Origin: Candidatus Heimdallarchaeota archaeon B3_Heim
Lineage (GTDB): Archaea > Asgardarchaeota > Heimdallarchaeia > Hodarchaeales > Hodarchaeaceae
DNA: 32,000 bases
Direction of reading: 5' to 3'
NCBI GenBank assembly: GCA_003144275.1
Contig: NJBF01000028.1
Location: 1-32,000 of the forward strand
Shown: positions 8,822 through 17,280 of the stretch, in pieces
How positions within the stretch are numbered: position 1 is the stretch's first letter
Layout of the letters: each line of letters starts with the position of its first letter
Program-made: the position numbers and the translations under genes
The notes under the pieces: model-generated
Databases searched by the model: none
Told to the model about the DNA's origin: nothing
Seen by the model: only the letters and a program-made list of their open reading frames with translations

Positions 8822-11800
8822 GTGATATGGTTTCAGGAAATTATATTATGGAAACACCGTTATTTTTCTCGCACGGTATTGAGATTGAAAACCATCTAGT
8901 TGCAGCTCAAACAGGTGAGGTCTTAGTGGGCAATGATCTTCTATCAACATGGGAAGACATATTTTCTAATGCTTTTGAGTATTTAAAGAAAATTAAAAAA
9001 GATAAAAAGACCCCGAGGATTATAGCAAAGAAAATTGTCAAAATAGAGCTGAAAGAAGAAACTAAACGTGAAAAAAGGCTTAGCTTCATCTTTGTACATT
9101 ATAAGCTTGGGAAAAAGACTATTAAAATAAATGTCTTTGGACCAGATCCGAATATCTCACAAATCACTTGGCTCTTGGAACTAGTAACTCCACCATGTGA
9201 GTATCTTGAAGAATTGTCATTTTGGATAGATACTCTTTACGCTGCAGCTTTACATGGTTTATCAAAAACAAAAACAAAATCTGCCCTTTTACCAATGGGA
9301 TTAAACCCGATGGAACAAAGAGTACGAAGTGGACTCACATGTGGAGAACACCATCATATAGGAATTCCATCTTTTATTCGAGCACCTGTATATAACATGC
9401 TCCGTAACTACATTCCCCACTTAATCGCATTAAGCTCCACTTCACCGTTTTTGAACCAAAATACAAGTAGTAAAGTTATTATTAAAGAAAAAAATGGTAA
9501 AAAACAAGTAATTAGTCGAGGTACTCATTCATTTCGACTGGCTAACAATACAGGTCAAATGGGGCCCAATATACCTCAATATTTGCCCATTATAGAGGAT
9601 ATGACTTCACGAGAAGATTTTGCACGATTAATAAAGAAAGTACCACCCGAAGACCGCATGATAGATCTTTTTCCCTATACAGATTATTCAACTATAGAGC
9701 TTAGGTTCTTTGATGCACAACCTTGGAAAGAAAATCGCTTAGCTATGGTATTACTTATACAGGCACTGGCCCAAAAAACAAAAACACTGATAAAGCAAAA
9801 GAACCCAGTTCCCACTGTATCATCTCAGAGTTTGTATAAAAATCGTCGAAAAGCTATTCAATTTGGTTTACTTGCTCAATTTACCAGAGATGAGACTTTA
9901 ACAGGGGAGTTTGCATGGTTCTACAATTATGATATCGAAAAAGGAGTTAAAGCATCTAAATTAATGCATTCAGTTTTAGCTTTACTAATCTACATCGAAG
10001 ATGAGTTACTTGAATTTAACTCAAACTACATCGACCAAGTCCTCTTACCTGTGTTAGGGTCGAAAAAATTTGCCCCTCCATTTTCTGTATGCGATTACCT
10101 TTTCAAACTCTATGCAGAAAAGAATCAAAAAGTACCTGAGTTTCTTAATGAACTATATTATAGCGAAAAACTTATTTATCCGCCCCAAGTGGCAGGTGAT
10201 TTTTCATCCTTTCTTGTTGAGAATCCTCCTGATTCCTTTTTGGAGGTAAATAAACAACAACAGAATTTAACCCAGCTCCTACAACAAGATATTGCAACTC
10301 GGGAAGTTTTCAAGAGCAGATCTGAATTAAAACCAAAAAAGCAGAAGAAAAAGAAACCTGTGGTAGCTAAAGAGAAAGTCATCAAAGATAAAACGAAAAA
10401 AATTCCTGCTACCACTCCTGAAAAACCTCTAACAAAGAAAAAAGCGCCGACTAAAAAGCAGCGGCCTCCTGAAACCCCAAAACCGAAAAAAATGGTTGAG
10501 GTAAAAACTCCAAGACAAAGAGAGAAAAAGAAACCAACCCCCGAAACAAAACCTATAGCAAAGCGAGAACCTATTCAGGTAATCTCTGCTTTCGATGAAA
10601 ACGAGGATCTGGAAATTTATTCCCCCATGATTGAGATTGAACCAAAATATCAGAAAATTAATTCCAAAATCGCAAATATCATGCGTACACGTCGTCAAGA
10701 AATCGAAGCTAAGCGGGTTGTGTTTTTCCAAGAACATCTGAAAGAGGAAGAGTCCGATTTCAAGCCATTTCCCAAAAAACAAACTGCTGTTTTTCCAGCT
10801 CTAATTTCTGGGCCCGAACTGTTCGGGTATATCGTACTCTCTTTTAGTGACATTAAAAAGGTCATGTACCAATTTCGGAATAATCCTATAACCTTGAAGT
10901 TTTATGATAATCAAACAAACAATATAATTAGTACACTAAGGACTTTTTTGGATATATCTCGAATTGAAAAGCACCAAACGGTACGAATTCCTTGTTCTAT
11001 TGACTTAGGGGAAATATACGGAAAACTAAAAATTCGAGTGGAAGCAATTACTTCAACAAATCATAGATTACTACCTAAGAAATTTGTCTTTGCAGTGGAA
11101 CGAAAAGACCAAATTAGTATTTCACCCAAAGAATTCTATATCACTAGTAATTTTGGAACTGTTGAGTGTGTGTACAAAGCAACTAACGACTCTAAGAAAG
11201 AAGAAAGAGGAGAACTAACGTTACTCTTAGCAACACAGTCGTCATCAACACCTATTGTAATTTATGAAGAAAAATTTAATCTAAAACCTCATGCATCTTT
11301 TGAATTAGCTCGAAGCATAGATTTATCTATAGATTATCAGCATAGCTCCTTTTATATTCTCGCTCGCGTCACAACGGGTCTTCTAAAGAAAAACCGATCT
11401 TTCAAGAGTATTCATGTCCCCGTTCTACGCGAAATTGTTGTTGATTGGTCATTTGTAACACGACCTGGGTCAAAAAATGACTTATGGCAAGGAGTAGAAC
11501 CAAAAACACATTACGCAGTTGATTTTGTTTTTCATTTCCTTCAATCATTGCCTCCTGTTGCCATCTCAATTTATGTCAACACATTTCCCCAAGGAGAAAC
11601 TAAGAAATTAACGTCTTTACGTTTAAAAAGGTACATAGATAAAGGTGATGAGTTTATTGCGCCACCTGTCAAATTTAAAACTCCTAAAAAATGTGGATAC
11701 TTAATCTTTGATGTTCAAATTCGTACAGAAAAGGGCATTCTTCCCATGCACCTAATATCCGAACCAATTGGAGTGTATAGTCTAACAACAAAAACTACTT

Positions 11801-11829
11801 TTGAAAAGAGGCGTGACTTGGATCTTTGA
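8818..11829 (+). CDS. GCS2/YbdK-type carboxylate-amine (glutamate-cysteine ligase family) domain + Lys/Pro-rich linker + beta-rich C-terminal domains
   Basis: SHGIEIENHLV, LLELVTPPC, CGEHHHIG, LIALSSTSPF and TIELRFFD match the GCS2 motifs. Low-complexity K/P/T linker around aa 500-590. The last ~350 aa show an alternating beta-strand pattern. Confidence 0.8.
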   Translation: MSDMVSGNYIMETPLFFSHGIEIENHLVAAQTGEVLVGNDLLSTWEDIFSNAFEYLKKIKKDKKTPRIIAKKIVKIELKEETKREKRLSFIFVHYKLGKKTIKINVFGPDPNISQITWLLELVTPPCEYLEELSFWIDTLYAAALHGLSKTKTKSALLPMGLNPMEQRVRSGLTCGEHHHIGIPSFIRAPVYNMLRNYIPHLIALSSTSPFLNQNTSSKVIIKEKNGKKQVISRGTHSFRLANNTGQMGPNIPQYLPIIEDMTSREDFARLIKKVPPEDRMIDLFPYTDYSTIELRFFDAQPWKENRLAMVLLIQALAQKTKTLIKQKNPVPTVSSQSLYKNRRKAIQFGLLAQFTRDETLTGEFAWFYNYDIEKGVKASKLMHSVLALLIYIEDELLEFNSNYIDQVLLPVLGSKKFAPPFSVCDYLFKLYAEKNQKVPEFLNELYYSEKLIYPPQVAGDFSSFLVENPPDSFLEVNKQQQNLTQLLQQDIATREVFKSRSELKPKKQKKKKPVVAKEKVIKDKTKKIPATTPEKPLTKKKAPTKKQRPPETPKPKKMVEVKTPRQREKKKPTPETKPIAKREPIQVISAFDENEDLEIYSPMIEIEPKYQKINSKIANIMRTRRQEIEAKRVVFFQEHLKEEESDFKPFPKKQTAVFPALISGPELFGYIVLSFSDIKKVMYQFRNNPITLKFYDNQTNNIISTLRTFLDISRIEKHQTVRIPCSIDLGEIYGKLKIRVEAITSTNHRLLPKKFVFAVERKDQISISPKEFYITSNFGTVECVYKATNDSKKEERGELTLLLATQSSSTPIVIYEEKFNLKPHASFELARSIDLSIDYQHSSFYILARVTTGLLKKNRSFKSIHVPVLREIVVDWSFVTRPGSKNDLWQGVEPKTHYAVDFVFHFLQSLPPVAISIYVNTFPQGETKKLTSLRLKRYIDKGDEFIAPPVKFKTPKKCGYLIFDVQIRTEKGILPMHLISEPIGVYSLTTKTTFEKRRDLDL

Positions 11830-11941
11830 ACAAAGATATCTAACATTCTTTTATCTCAAAGGATTTAATTTTTAAAGGGAATAACAATCTAGACTGAAAT
11901 AATAAAGAATAAACTTGACGTTCATACAAGGAGACAATAAG

Positions 11942-13234
11942 ATGACCAAAATATCGTTGAATGTTGTAAATGTAGGTAATATTGAAGGACGAGCGTACCT
12001 CCACACCCAAGATATAGAAAAACTGGCTATAAATGAATTTGATTATGTTAAAATGGTAACAGAATGGGAAGATTGGGGCGCAGTGCAAATTCTTTCTTCA
12101 GATGAAGTGGAACAGGGAACTATTGCTGTAGATGCTAGTGTACTATCATCAGCAAATATTTCCGATGGTGATGCTGTGGAAGTAGAACCGGTTAATAATG
12201 CTGCAGCAGGTATCAAATCAATTAAATTGGGTATAGAACCTCTTGCTGGTCAAGAAGTTGAAGAAGCCATTTTATGGATTGCTACAGAATTTGAACAGCT
12301 TTCTACTCTGCTCAAAAATCGACCTGTGTTCAACAATCTTCAAATTGCCTGGGAAGATTGTCCAATTGGCAATATTACGGTGAGATTCCTTGGAGCTGAT
12401 CCTCCAATTCCAGATGGTGATATAGGGATTGTAGATCCAACAGGTCGTGAAGTGGAGATAAACATAATTCCATTTACCGAAATGAGTTTCAATGCAGTAT
12501 TAGTTCTTGATGTATCAGGAAGTATGTCTAAAAAGGATATGAAGGTCAAAAATATCAGTGGTGCATTGGAAGGACTAAAAAAAGGATTAGATGAGTCAGA
12601 TGAACTTAACTTGTTCATTGAAAAATTCCAAGATGGTAAAAAAGTGTCTAGGGTCGATGCAGCGGCTATGGCTATTATGTTATTTATGTCACTAAAAATT
12701 GCCAAAGGGTGGGGAGAACAAATTCAGTTACTGACATTCTCTGGCGAAGTAGAGAGATATTCACTAGGAGACACAAATGTCATTTCTTGTGTGGGTGAGA
12801 CAAAAAAAGCGGGAATCGAAAGTATTATTGATCATGTTGTCCAAAAGACCTCAGAAAGTACTGGTTTAACATTTCTGAGTGGGGCGTTAGATCAAGCATA
12901 CAAAAGTATTGACAGTTTTGATGAAAACCCTACAATCCAGAAGAAAAATCCAACCATGATTATTGTTCTCACAGATGGAAACCCGAACAAAGGAAATGGA
13001 CTTGGAGTAAACCCCATTCCAATCGTAAAACAATATGTGGAGCAACATCCCGAAGTAGTCCTCTATGCGATCGGATTAGGAGAAGCAGATCGCTTAATGT
13101 TGCGAAAAATTGGTGAAATGGGTCGGGGTGGCTCATTGATGGCAGATGATTTGGAAACTCTGATTGATTTCTATGATTCATTGGCTCAAAACTTCCAGAT
13201 GGTCGTTAAAATGAAGAAAGAACCAGAGGAATAA
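11942..13234 (+). CDS. Cdc48/VAT N-domain (double-psi barrel + CDC48_2-like) fused to a von Willebrand A domain; no AAA module
   Basis: Start reassigned to ATG 11942 (AGGAGA at 11929-11934). GRAYLHTQDIEKLAINEFDYV..GTIAVDASVLSSANISDGDAVEVEP resembles CDC48_N; LKNRPV..VRFLGADP resembles CDC48_2. The VWA has MIDAS DVSGS, T and LTDG, plus LYAIGLG. Confidence 0.8.
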   Translation: MTKISLNVVNVGNIEGRAYLHTQDIEKLAINEFDYVKMVTEWEDWGAVQILSSDEVEQGTIAVDASVLSSANISDGDAVEVEPVNNAAAGIKSIKLGIEPLAGQEVEEAILWIATEFEQLSTLLKNRPVFNNLQIAWEDCPIGNITVRFLGADPPIPDGDIGIVDPTGREVEINIIPFTEMSFNAVLVLDVSGSMSKKDMKVKNISGALEGLKKGLDESDELNLFIEKFQDGKKVSRVDAAAMAIMLFMSLKIAKGWGEQIQLLTFSGEVERYSLGDTNVISCVGETKKAGIESIIDHVVQKTSESTGLTFLSGALDQAYKSIDSFDENPTIQKKNPTMIIVLTDGNPNKGNGLGVNPIPIVKQYVEQHPEVVLYAIGLGEADRLMLRKIGEMGRGGSLMADDLETLIDFYDSLAQNFQMVVKMKKEPEE

Positions 13235-13482
13235 TCCAAACTTCATCCTTTGTACCTTTATATTTGATTCCTACCGTCTATATCCCTTAAAACTACCTTT
13301 AATTGGTTTTTGATTATGGTGACTACTCATCAAGGTATAACTCCATTATGATAAGTCAGAAATCAACCTAAATCCAAAAAAGGTCTCCTGAAAAAAGACT
13401 AAATATTTATACTTAGACGAAGAGTGCATAGTCCCCATCTTGCAAAAGGGGATATCTTGGGAACTAGATCAAAGGTGAATAT

Positions 13483-15006
13483 ATGCCAGAATACAAAGTC
13501 GTAACTTCTAAAATTGACCCAAAAGATGCCGTGATTGTTTCCGCGGAGAATAATCAACATATAGTTACACAAGCGAAATTTGCTTTATCCTTTAAAGGAA
13601 AAGAGGCAAAAGTCGGACAAGTATTCAAATTTAAGTGCTTTTTAGAAGAAAACGAAGTGGGATTATCCCAAGTCATGATGAATAAACTGGGAGTTACAGA
13701 AGGAGAGATGGTGACACTTCAATCAGTGGGTAGAACTATCTCTAAGAGTTTCTCCTTGATTAAGCAACGAATAGCCCAACCTGGAAAAGTATTCACTAAA
13801 AATGAAATAGATCATATTATCAGCGACATCACACTTGATAACATGACCCCGCTTGAGGAGTCTGTATTTTTAACCTCTCAAATGCTTCAAGAGTGGAATA
13901 TTGGAGAAATTGAATGTCTAACTAACGCAATAGCCCATTCTGGACAAATAATCAACTGGGGTGAAACTGTGATCTTTGACAAGCATTCTCTCGGTGGTGT
14001 TCCGGGTAATAAGGTAACTCTTCTAGTTGTTCCTATCATTGCCGCTGCAGGGTTGACAATTCCGAAAACTTCATCACGTGCTATCACCAGCCCTTCTGGT
14101 ACCGCAGATACTATGGAAGCTCTAGGGTGTGACATTGAATTCACCATCGATGAGATGGTAGACATTGCTCAAAATATTGGTGGATTAATTGCTTGGACTG
14201 GTGGTTTGAATATTGTTCCAGCTGATGAAAAGATTATACGTGATGTTCAGTATCCCCTGGGTATCGATCCTGAACCAATGATGATGGCTTCTGTCATTTC
14301 CAAAAAAATCGCGATGGGCGTCAAGTTCCTTGTCTTAGACATTCCATGCGGTTATGGAACTAAAGTGGCTAATTTAGATACTGGCAAACGCCTTGCTCAT
14401 CGATTTTCTGAATTAGGACGTCTAGTCGGAATTCGTATCGAAAGTGGTATAACCTACGGGAGCTCACCTGTTGGTAATGCTGTTGGTCCTGCATTAGAGG
14501 CTAGAGAGGCTCTACTTAGTTTAAAAAAACCTTTAGAGGCTCCTCATTCTTTAGTTGGAAAAAGTACCTCCTTAGCGGGTATTCTACTTGAGATGGCTGG
14601 GAAAGCAATTACAGGTACAGGTCAAGAATTAGCGTATGAGATTTTAAATTCGGGTAACGCGTATAAAAAGTTCCAAGAAATCTTAGAGGCTCAGAACGCT
14701 GATCCACTCTTAAAACCTTCAGATATAGAAATTGGATCTGCTACCTATGAATATTTGGCACCTCAAAGTGGTTATGTTGTTGAAATTGATAACAAAGTCA
14801 TAGGTCGAGCTGCACGTGCTGCAGGCGCGCCAATGGATAAGCGAGCCGGAGTTTATTTCCATAAAAAGAAGGATTCTGTTAAACGAGGTGAAACCTTGTT
14901 TACATTATATTCATCTAATGAGAAAAAGCTAGCAGCAGCAGAAGCTGAATTAGTAAAAGGTGATTTACCAGTTACTATTGAAGGAATGCTTCTCGCACGT
15001 GAATGA
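13483..15006 (+). CDS. deoA: AMP phosphorylase (archaeal thymidine phosphorylase family)
   Basis: DKHSLGGVPGNK, IPKTSSRAITSPSGTADTME, ASVISKKIAMG and GAPMDKRAGV motifs; 507 aa. Confidence 0.93.
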   Translation: MPEYKVVTSKIDPKDAVIVSAENNQHIVTQAKFALSFKGKEAKVGQVFKFKCFLEENEVGLSQVMMNKLGVTEGEMVTLQSVGRTISKSFSLIKQRIAQPGKVFTKNEIDHIISDITLDNMTPLEESVFLTSQMLQEWNIGEIECLTNAIAHSGQIINWGETVIFDKHSLGGVPGNKVTLLVVPIIAAAGLTIPKTSSRAITSPSGTADTMEALGCDIEFTIDEMVDIAQNIGGLIAWTGGLNIVPADEKIIRDVQYPLGIDPEPMMMASVISKKIAMGVKFLVLDIPCGYGTKVANLDTGKRLAHRFSELGRLVGIRIESGITYGSSPVGNAVGPALEAREALLSLKKPLEAPHSLVGKSTSLAGILLEMAGKAITGTGQELAYEILNSGNAYKKFQEILEAQNADPLLKPSDIEIGSATYEYLAPQSGYVVEIDNKVIGRAARAAGAPMDKRAGVYFHKKKDSVKRGETLFTLYSSNEKKLAAAEAELVKGDLPVTIEGMLLARE

Positions 15007-15467
15007 CGAAATTTAAGATAATGAAACCGTCAACTAATCTTCCTCTTGGCATATTAATTCAATTTGTTGAGTATTGCAACGCGATCAGGGAACCAGTTGT
15101 TCTTATCGTTGAAGGAAAACGAGATATTGAAGCATTAGAAGCTATTGGAATCAAGCTAATTAACGGAAAAATTTTGGCTAGAAAGGGTTTGTCTCTGAGC
15201 AAACTTGCAGATCAAATTTATCCTGTTTCAATAATCATACTTCTTCTGGACTTTGATAAGGAGGGGAAGCATATGCGAAGTGATTTGAAGAAGGAACTCC
15301 AAAAACGTAAAGGTCACGGGCTTATTGATCCTTACCCTAGACAATTATTGTATAAATTTTTCCGTGCAGCGAGAATCAATGAAATTGAAGAGGTAAAACA
15401 GTTTAGTTCAATTATTCCAAAAATAGAAGATACATTTAAGAATACGAATACTCACTATTCCAAATGA
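15003..15467 (+). CDS. Small TOPRIM-domain protein (archaeal UPF0292/RNase M5-like)
   Basis: LIVEGKRDIEAL and LLDFDKEG TOPRIM motifs; ATGA overlap with the AMP phosphorylase gene. Confidence 0.85.
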   Translation: MTKFKIMKPSTNLPLGILIQFVEYCNAIREPVVLIVEGKRDIEALEAIGIKLINGKILARKGLSLSKLADQIYPVSIIILLLDFDKEGKHMRSDLKKELQKRKGHGLIDPYPRQLLYKFFRAARINEIEEVKQFSSIIPKIEDTFKNTNTHYSK

Positions 15468-15516
15468 AAAATAGATATCTACCTCTCCTTTTGTCCACTT
15501 AATATCGGAGTTTACC

Positions 15517-16380
15517 TTGATGGAGAAAATGTGTCATAAATCACATTTATTAGACGAACAATTGTTTCTCCCCAAGCGTACCACAATTGCCAGCTTTCCT
15601 GGAGGTAAAAGTGATAAGAAAAAACATCTTCCACTTTATTTGTCCATTCCTAAACATATAGAATATTTTGTTGAACCATTTGCTGGCTTAGCCAATGTTT
15701 TCATTGCCTTATCTCCCCGAATTTCGCGAGTATGGTTAAATGATAAAGATCCAGAAATATTTTCATTGCTAAGCTGTATGCAGGATTCAACTTTATTACA
15801 ACAACTCATAGAATCCATAAAATCGTTAGAGCCAGTCACAAGGGATGATTACTATCACTGGAAACAATTTAATCCCTCCAAAACATTGGATCGTGCAATA
15901 AGAAGATTGGTAATTCTCAATTGCTCTCCAAATGGAGCTGGAGGTGGATATAGCCATGAGAAAGCCCATCGAAAATGGTATCAGAATAAACCAAAAATGT
16001 GGAGTAAGATTCATCAGATATTTGAAAATAAAAAGGTACGAATCACTAATTTTGATTATGAAAAGGTTTTAGCTTCGCTCTCTCCAGATGATGACTTAAT
16101 AGATTATTTTCTTTATTTGGATCCCCCATATTATGATGTTGCACAAAAAGGCTCATTATATGGGAAAAATTATAATCAAATTGATATAAATAAGTTGAAA
16201 GATCTCCTAACATCTTTACCGATTCATTGGCTTTTATCAAATAGAGATACTTCTGTTATCAGAAAAATCTTTCGTCAATTCTCCACATTAGGTTATAATA
16301 CATATAACGATATGAACAATACTCAGAAGGGTAATCCTGAGCTCCTCATTAGCAACAATCCCTTATTTGAGGAAAGATGA
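15517..16380 (+). CDS. Dam/D12-class N6-adenine DNA methyltransferase, orphan
   Basis: FPGGK, FVEPFAG, LNDKD and YLDPPYY motifs. No nuclease gene is adjacent. Confidence 0.9.
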   Translation: MMEKMCHKSHLLDEQLFLPKRTTIASFPGGKSDKKKHLPLYLSIPKHIEYFVEPFAGLANVFIALSPRISRVWLNDKDPEIFSLLSCMQDSTLLQQLIESIKSLEPVTRDDYYHWKQFNPSKTLDRAIRRLVILNCSPNGAGGGYSHEKAHRKWYQNKPKMWSKIHQIFENKKVRITNFDYEKVLASLSPDDDLIDYFLYLDPPYYDVAQKGSLYGKNYNQIDINKLKDLLTSLPIHWLLSNRDTSVIRKIFRQFSTLGYNTYNDMNNTQKGNPELLISNNPLFEER

Positions 16381-16405
16381 ATTTTAAAAAATCTTGAATG
16401 TTAGA

Positions 16406-16797
16406 TTAGGCCTTTCTGTAACCACATGCTGGACAAGTGTGGGTTCCAATTTCTAGTTCTAATCCACACTTTTCACAAGGGATGTGCCCTGGTCGTTCGA
16501 ATTCTTCTTTGTCTTTGAAAGCAACATCAATCAATCTACATTTGGAACATCTCCTTAGACCTTCTTCAAAACTTGCACCACAACTTGGGCAATATTCATT
16601 TTCTAAATCTGGTAACCTATACACTCTTCCACTTTCTTTTAGATTTCGTAAAACCTGTTTTTCGGCATATAATTGGGTGTAACCGCACATTAGACAGGTT
16701 AAAGCAAAAAAATATTCCAAAGAGAAGAATAATGAAATTTATGAGGGCTACCGATTTCTGTACTTCCACAAACTGGACATTCTTGTGTAAATCTCAT
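16406..16797 (-). CDS. Multi zinc-ribbon protein split by a single-base frameshift (true start 16797; the ORF track shows only the 3' part)
   Basis: ATG 16797 has a strong RBS (GGAGAGGAGAG) and encodes MRFTQECPVCGSTEI... to a TAA at 16699. The -1 frame continues FFALTCLMCGYTQLY with four more CxxC pairs. The frames join across a T7 run (A7 at 16706-16712). Confidence 0.7.
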
Positions 16798-16954
16798 AGT
16801 TACTCTCCTCTCCAGTTCCGTATTCGTGTTAATAAAACTTAGTATTTCCCAATTATGCAAATTATATTGAGAATCATCTTAAGGAGATTAAATTAGCAAG
16901 TTTACAATTGTCACTAGATCCTAGGATATGAGAGAGAAAGTTCAAAATTAGACA

Positions 16955-17182
16955 TGACTAAATTTGTCAGACAACTATTTGAAAAATAGTTCTGGACAGG
17001 ATGAGTCACACATCCACTATCCGGCAGGTTAGCAACAAGAGAATTGTTGCCTTCCATTGGGACTACTTGCATCAGATCTTCTGGCGACATCCCAAACACC
17101 AGTACTTTTCGACCAGTCTGGGTCATTCTTCTCTTGCCTTTGACGGGTAACTCGTCTAACGAAGTTACAAGGGAATATGACC
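16955..17182. ncRNA. Candidate structured non-coding RNA (multi-hairpin), partly reminiscent of HEARO/IscB omegaRNA on the minus strand
   Basis: Stems: AACTATTT/AAATAGTT (16973-16991), GGATG/CATCC (16999-17015), GCAACAA/TTGTTGC (17032-17050), TTGGGA/TCCCAA (17057-17095), GGTCAT/ATGACC (17121-17182) enclosing TTCTCTTG/CAAGGGAA and GTAACT/AGTTAC. Confidence 0.5.
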
Positions 17183-17280
17183 TAAGAGCTAAGTAAATTT
17201 TTTTGTCATCACCTCGGCGTTGATGAAGTACAGGAGGGACGCCTTTTAAGTTTGTAAGGGAGAGAGAGAGGTCAGCGAAT

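Noticed and set aside
13483-15006. Complete AMP/RuBisCO nucleotide salvage cluster
   Set aside because: No ribose-1,5-bisphosphate isomerase or RuBisCO lies in this window; only the phosphorylase is supported.
16914-17126. 70-aa minus-strand ORF in the structured region
   Set aside because: There is no motif (no PLMP/IscB signature). The dense base-pairing is better explained as RNA structure.
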